Translations under genes and position numbers: made by a program
Notes under the pieces: model-generated
The model's database searches: none
What the model was told of the DNA's origin: nothing
The model's input: only the letters and a program-made list of their open reading frames with translations
Shown: positions 34,237 to 35,673 of the stretch, piece by piece
How positions within the stretch are numbered: position 1 is the first letter of the stretch
How the letters are laid out: every line of letters begins with the position of its first letter
Origin: Thermodesulfobacteriota bacterium
GTDB lineage: Bacteria > DASVDK01
Direction of reading: 5' to 3'
DNA length: 35,673 nucleotides
Assembly (NCBI GenBank): GCA_036562265.1
Contig: DATCKS010000522.1
Location: 1 to 35,673 of the forward strand

Positions 34237-35193
34237 ATGGCGAAGACCCTCGTCACCGGCGGCGCCGGCTTCATCGGGTCGCACCTGGTCGAGGCGCTCC
34301 TGGCGGCCGGACACGAGGTGATCGTCGTCGACAACCTGTCGACCGGCACCCTCGACAACCTCCGGTCCGTCCGCGGCGCCATCCGGTTCGTCGAGGGCGA
34401 CGTCCGGGACCAGGCGATGCTGCGCCCGCTCCTCGCCGGCGTGTCGTGGGTCTTCCACCTGGCCGCTCTCGCCTCGGTCCCCCGCTCGGTGGCCGACCCG
34501 TTCTCGAGCCACGACCACAACGCCACCGGCACGCTCGCCGCGCTCCTCGCCGCGCGCGACGCGGGCGTCGCCCGATTCGTCTACTCGGCCTCCTCGTCGG
34601 CCTACGGCGATACCGAGACGCTGCCCAAGGTGGAGACGATGCCGGCCCGTCCGAGGTCACCCTACGCCATCGGCAAGTACGTGGGCGAGCTCTACGCCGA
34701 GACGTTCCACCGCCTCTACGGGCTCGAAACGGTCTCGCTCCGATACTTCAACATCTTCGGCCCGCGCCAGACGCCCGACTCCCCGTACGCGGCCGTCATC
34801 CCGAAGTTCGTGACGGCGCTGCTCCGCGGCGAGCCGCCCGTCGTCCACGGCGACGGCCGGCAGACGCGGGACTTCACGTTCGTGGCCAACGCGGTCGCCG
34901 CCAACCTGCAGGCGGCCGCGGCGCCGGCCGAGCGGGTGGCGGGACGGGTCTTCAACGTCGGCTGCGGCGCGCGGACGAGCCTCCTCGACCTCCTCGACGA
35001 GCTCGGCTCGCTCACCGGGACCCGCATCGCGCCGCGCCACGTCGAGCCGCGCGCCGGCGACGTGCGCGACTCGCAGGCCGACATCGAGGCCGCGCGCCTG
35101 GCCTTCGGCTACGAGCCGTCGGTCGGCCTGCGGGACGGCCTCGCCCGCACGGTCGAGTGGTACCGGGAGACCGCGAGGGCGGGAACCCGATGA
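34237..35193 (+). CDS. NAD-dependent SDR epimerase, WbpP/TviC-like (UDP-GlcNAc / UDP-GlcNAcA 4-epimerase type)
   Basis: Rossmann motif LVTGGAGFIGSHLVEALL..GHEVIVVDNLSTG. Catalytic region SSSAYGD...PRSPYAIGKYVGELY. LRYFNIFGPRQTPDSPYAAVIPKF and GDGRQTRDFTFV. ATG at 34237 follows the SD. The GTG at 34201 in the ORF track is less likely. Confidence 0.85.
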   Translation: MAKTLVTGGAGFIGSHLVEALLAAGHEVIVVDNLSTGTLDNLRSVRGAIRFVEGDVRDQAMLRPLLAGVSWVFHLAALASVPRSVADPFSSHDHNATGTLAALLAARDAGVARFVYSASSSAYGDTETLPKVETMPARPRSPYAIGKYVGELYAETFHRLYGLETVSLRYFNIFGPRQTPDSPYAAVIPKFVTALLRGEPPVVHGDGRQTRDFTFVANAVAANLQAAAAPAERVAGRVFNVGCGARTSLLDLLDELGSLTGTRIAPRHVEPRAGDVRDSQADIEAARLAFGYEPSVGLRDGLARTVEWYRETARAGTR

Positions 35194-35673
35194 GCGGGGG
35201 GCTCATCGCCGGCCGCCGCGTCGCGGTGGTCGGGCTCGGCTACGTCGGCCTGCCGCTCGCCGTCGCCTTCGGGCGCAAGGGGCGGGTCATCGGCTTCGAC
35301 ATCGCGGCCGAGAAGGTGGCCCGGCTCGCCCGGGGCGAGGACCCGACCGGCGCCGTCACTCCCGACGACCTCGCCCGCGCGGAGGTCGAGTACACGACCG
35401 ATCCGGCCCGGCTCGCCGAGGCCGACTTCGTCATCGTGGCGGTTCCCACGCCGGTCGACGAAGCCAAGCGACCCGACCTGCGGGCGCTCGCGTCCGCCTC
35501 GCGCCTCGTGGGGGAGCAGCTTCGCCGGGGCGACATCGTCGTCTACGAGTCGACCGTCTATCCCGGCTGCACCCGTGAGGTCTGCGTCCCGCTCCTCGAG
35601 CGCGCCTCGGGCCTCGAAGCCGGGCGCGACTTCACCTACGGTTACTCGCCCGAACGGATCAACCCGGGCGACA
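35190..35673 (+). CDS. UDP-N-acetyl-hexosamine 6-dehydrogenase (TviB/WbpO-like nucleotide-sugar dehydrogenase). N-terminal 161 codons only; it continues past the window edge.
   Basis: My own translation of frame 3 from the ATG at 35190 gives MSGGLIAGRRVAVVGLGYVGLPLAVAFG...DFVIVAVPTPVDEAKRPDL...IVVYESTVYPGCTREV...GYSPERINPGD. ATGA overlap with the epimerase stop. It is absent from the ORF track because no stop lies in the window. Confidence 0.85.
   Translation, partial: MSGGLIAGRRVAVVGLGYVGLPLAVAFGRKGRVIGFDIAAEKVARLARGEDPTGAVTPDDLARAEVEYTTDPARLAEADFVIVAVPTPVDEAKRPDLRALASASRLVGEQLRRGDIVVYESTVYPGCTREVCVPLLERASGLEAGRDFTYGYSPERINPGD

Noticed and set aside
32090-34321. 743-aa + strand ORF covering the GGDEF/HD-GYP region
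   Set aside because: It is antisense to a gene with unambiguous GAF, GGDEF and HD-GYP motifs. Its translation is Arg/Gly/Glu-rich with no motifs, and it would run into the epimerase gene out of frame.

Overview
This very GC-rich window (third codon positions are almost all G/C) is filled by one exopolysaccharide (EPS) biosynthesis, export and regulation locus from a diderm bacterium. I call 30 coding regions: 28 on the + strand and 2 on the - strand.

Gene order, left to right:
- 3' part of a sigma-54 enhancer-binding regulator
- Wza-like export lipoprotein
- outer-membrane beta-barrel
- Wzz-like co-polymerase
- ExeA/GspA-like ATPase
- BY-type tyrosine kinase
- WbaP-like priming transferase
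- small membrane protein
- two GT2 enzymes
- TagF-like phosphotransferase, cytidylyltransferase and acetyltransferase
- Wzy/O-antigen-ligase-like protein
- GT2, Wzx flippase, second TagF-like paralog, GT2 paralog
- secreted glycoside-hydrolase-like protein
- PAS histidine kinase and NtrC-type sigma-54 response regulator
- second hydrolase-like paralog (a lipoprotein)
- GspC-like HR+PDZ protein
- three GT4 enzymes
- a convergent - strand operon encoding a GAF-GGDEF-GAF-HD-GYP protein and a small secreted protein
- a WbpP/TviC-like epimerase and a TviB/WbpO-like dehydrogenase (truncated at the right edge)

The first seven genes match the core of exosortase/PEP-CTERM-associated EPS loci. No exosortase or PEP-CTERM substrate is visible in the window. 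I found no tRNA, rRNA, CRISPR array or mobile element.

Observations most worth a second look:
1. Four near-consensus sigma-54 (-24/-12) promoter motifs, plus one weaker match, sit in very short intergenic gaps next to two sigma-54 activator genes. Three of them lie so close to the start codon that the mRNAs would be leaderless or nearly so.
2. Type II secretion accessory parts (a GspA-like ATPase and a GspC-like HR+PDZ protein) are embedded in the EPS locus with no secretin gene in view.
3. Two TagF-like paralogs and a cytidylyltransferase suggest a phosphodiester-linked substituent or a teichoic-acid-like chemistry.
4. Two paralogous secreted two-domain hydrolase-like proteins of a family I cannot place flank the two-component system.
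5. An AT-richer 25-bp tandem duplication lies at the convergent gene junction.

All functional calls come from reading motifs in the supplied translations. No database search was run.
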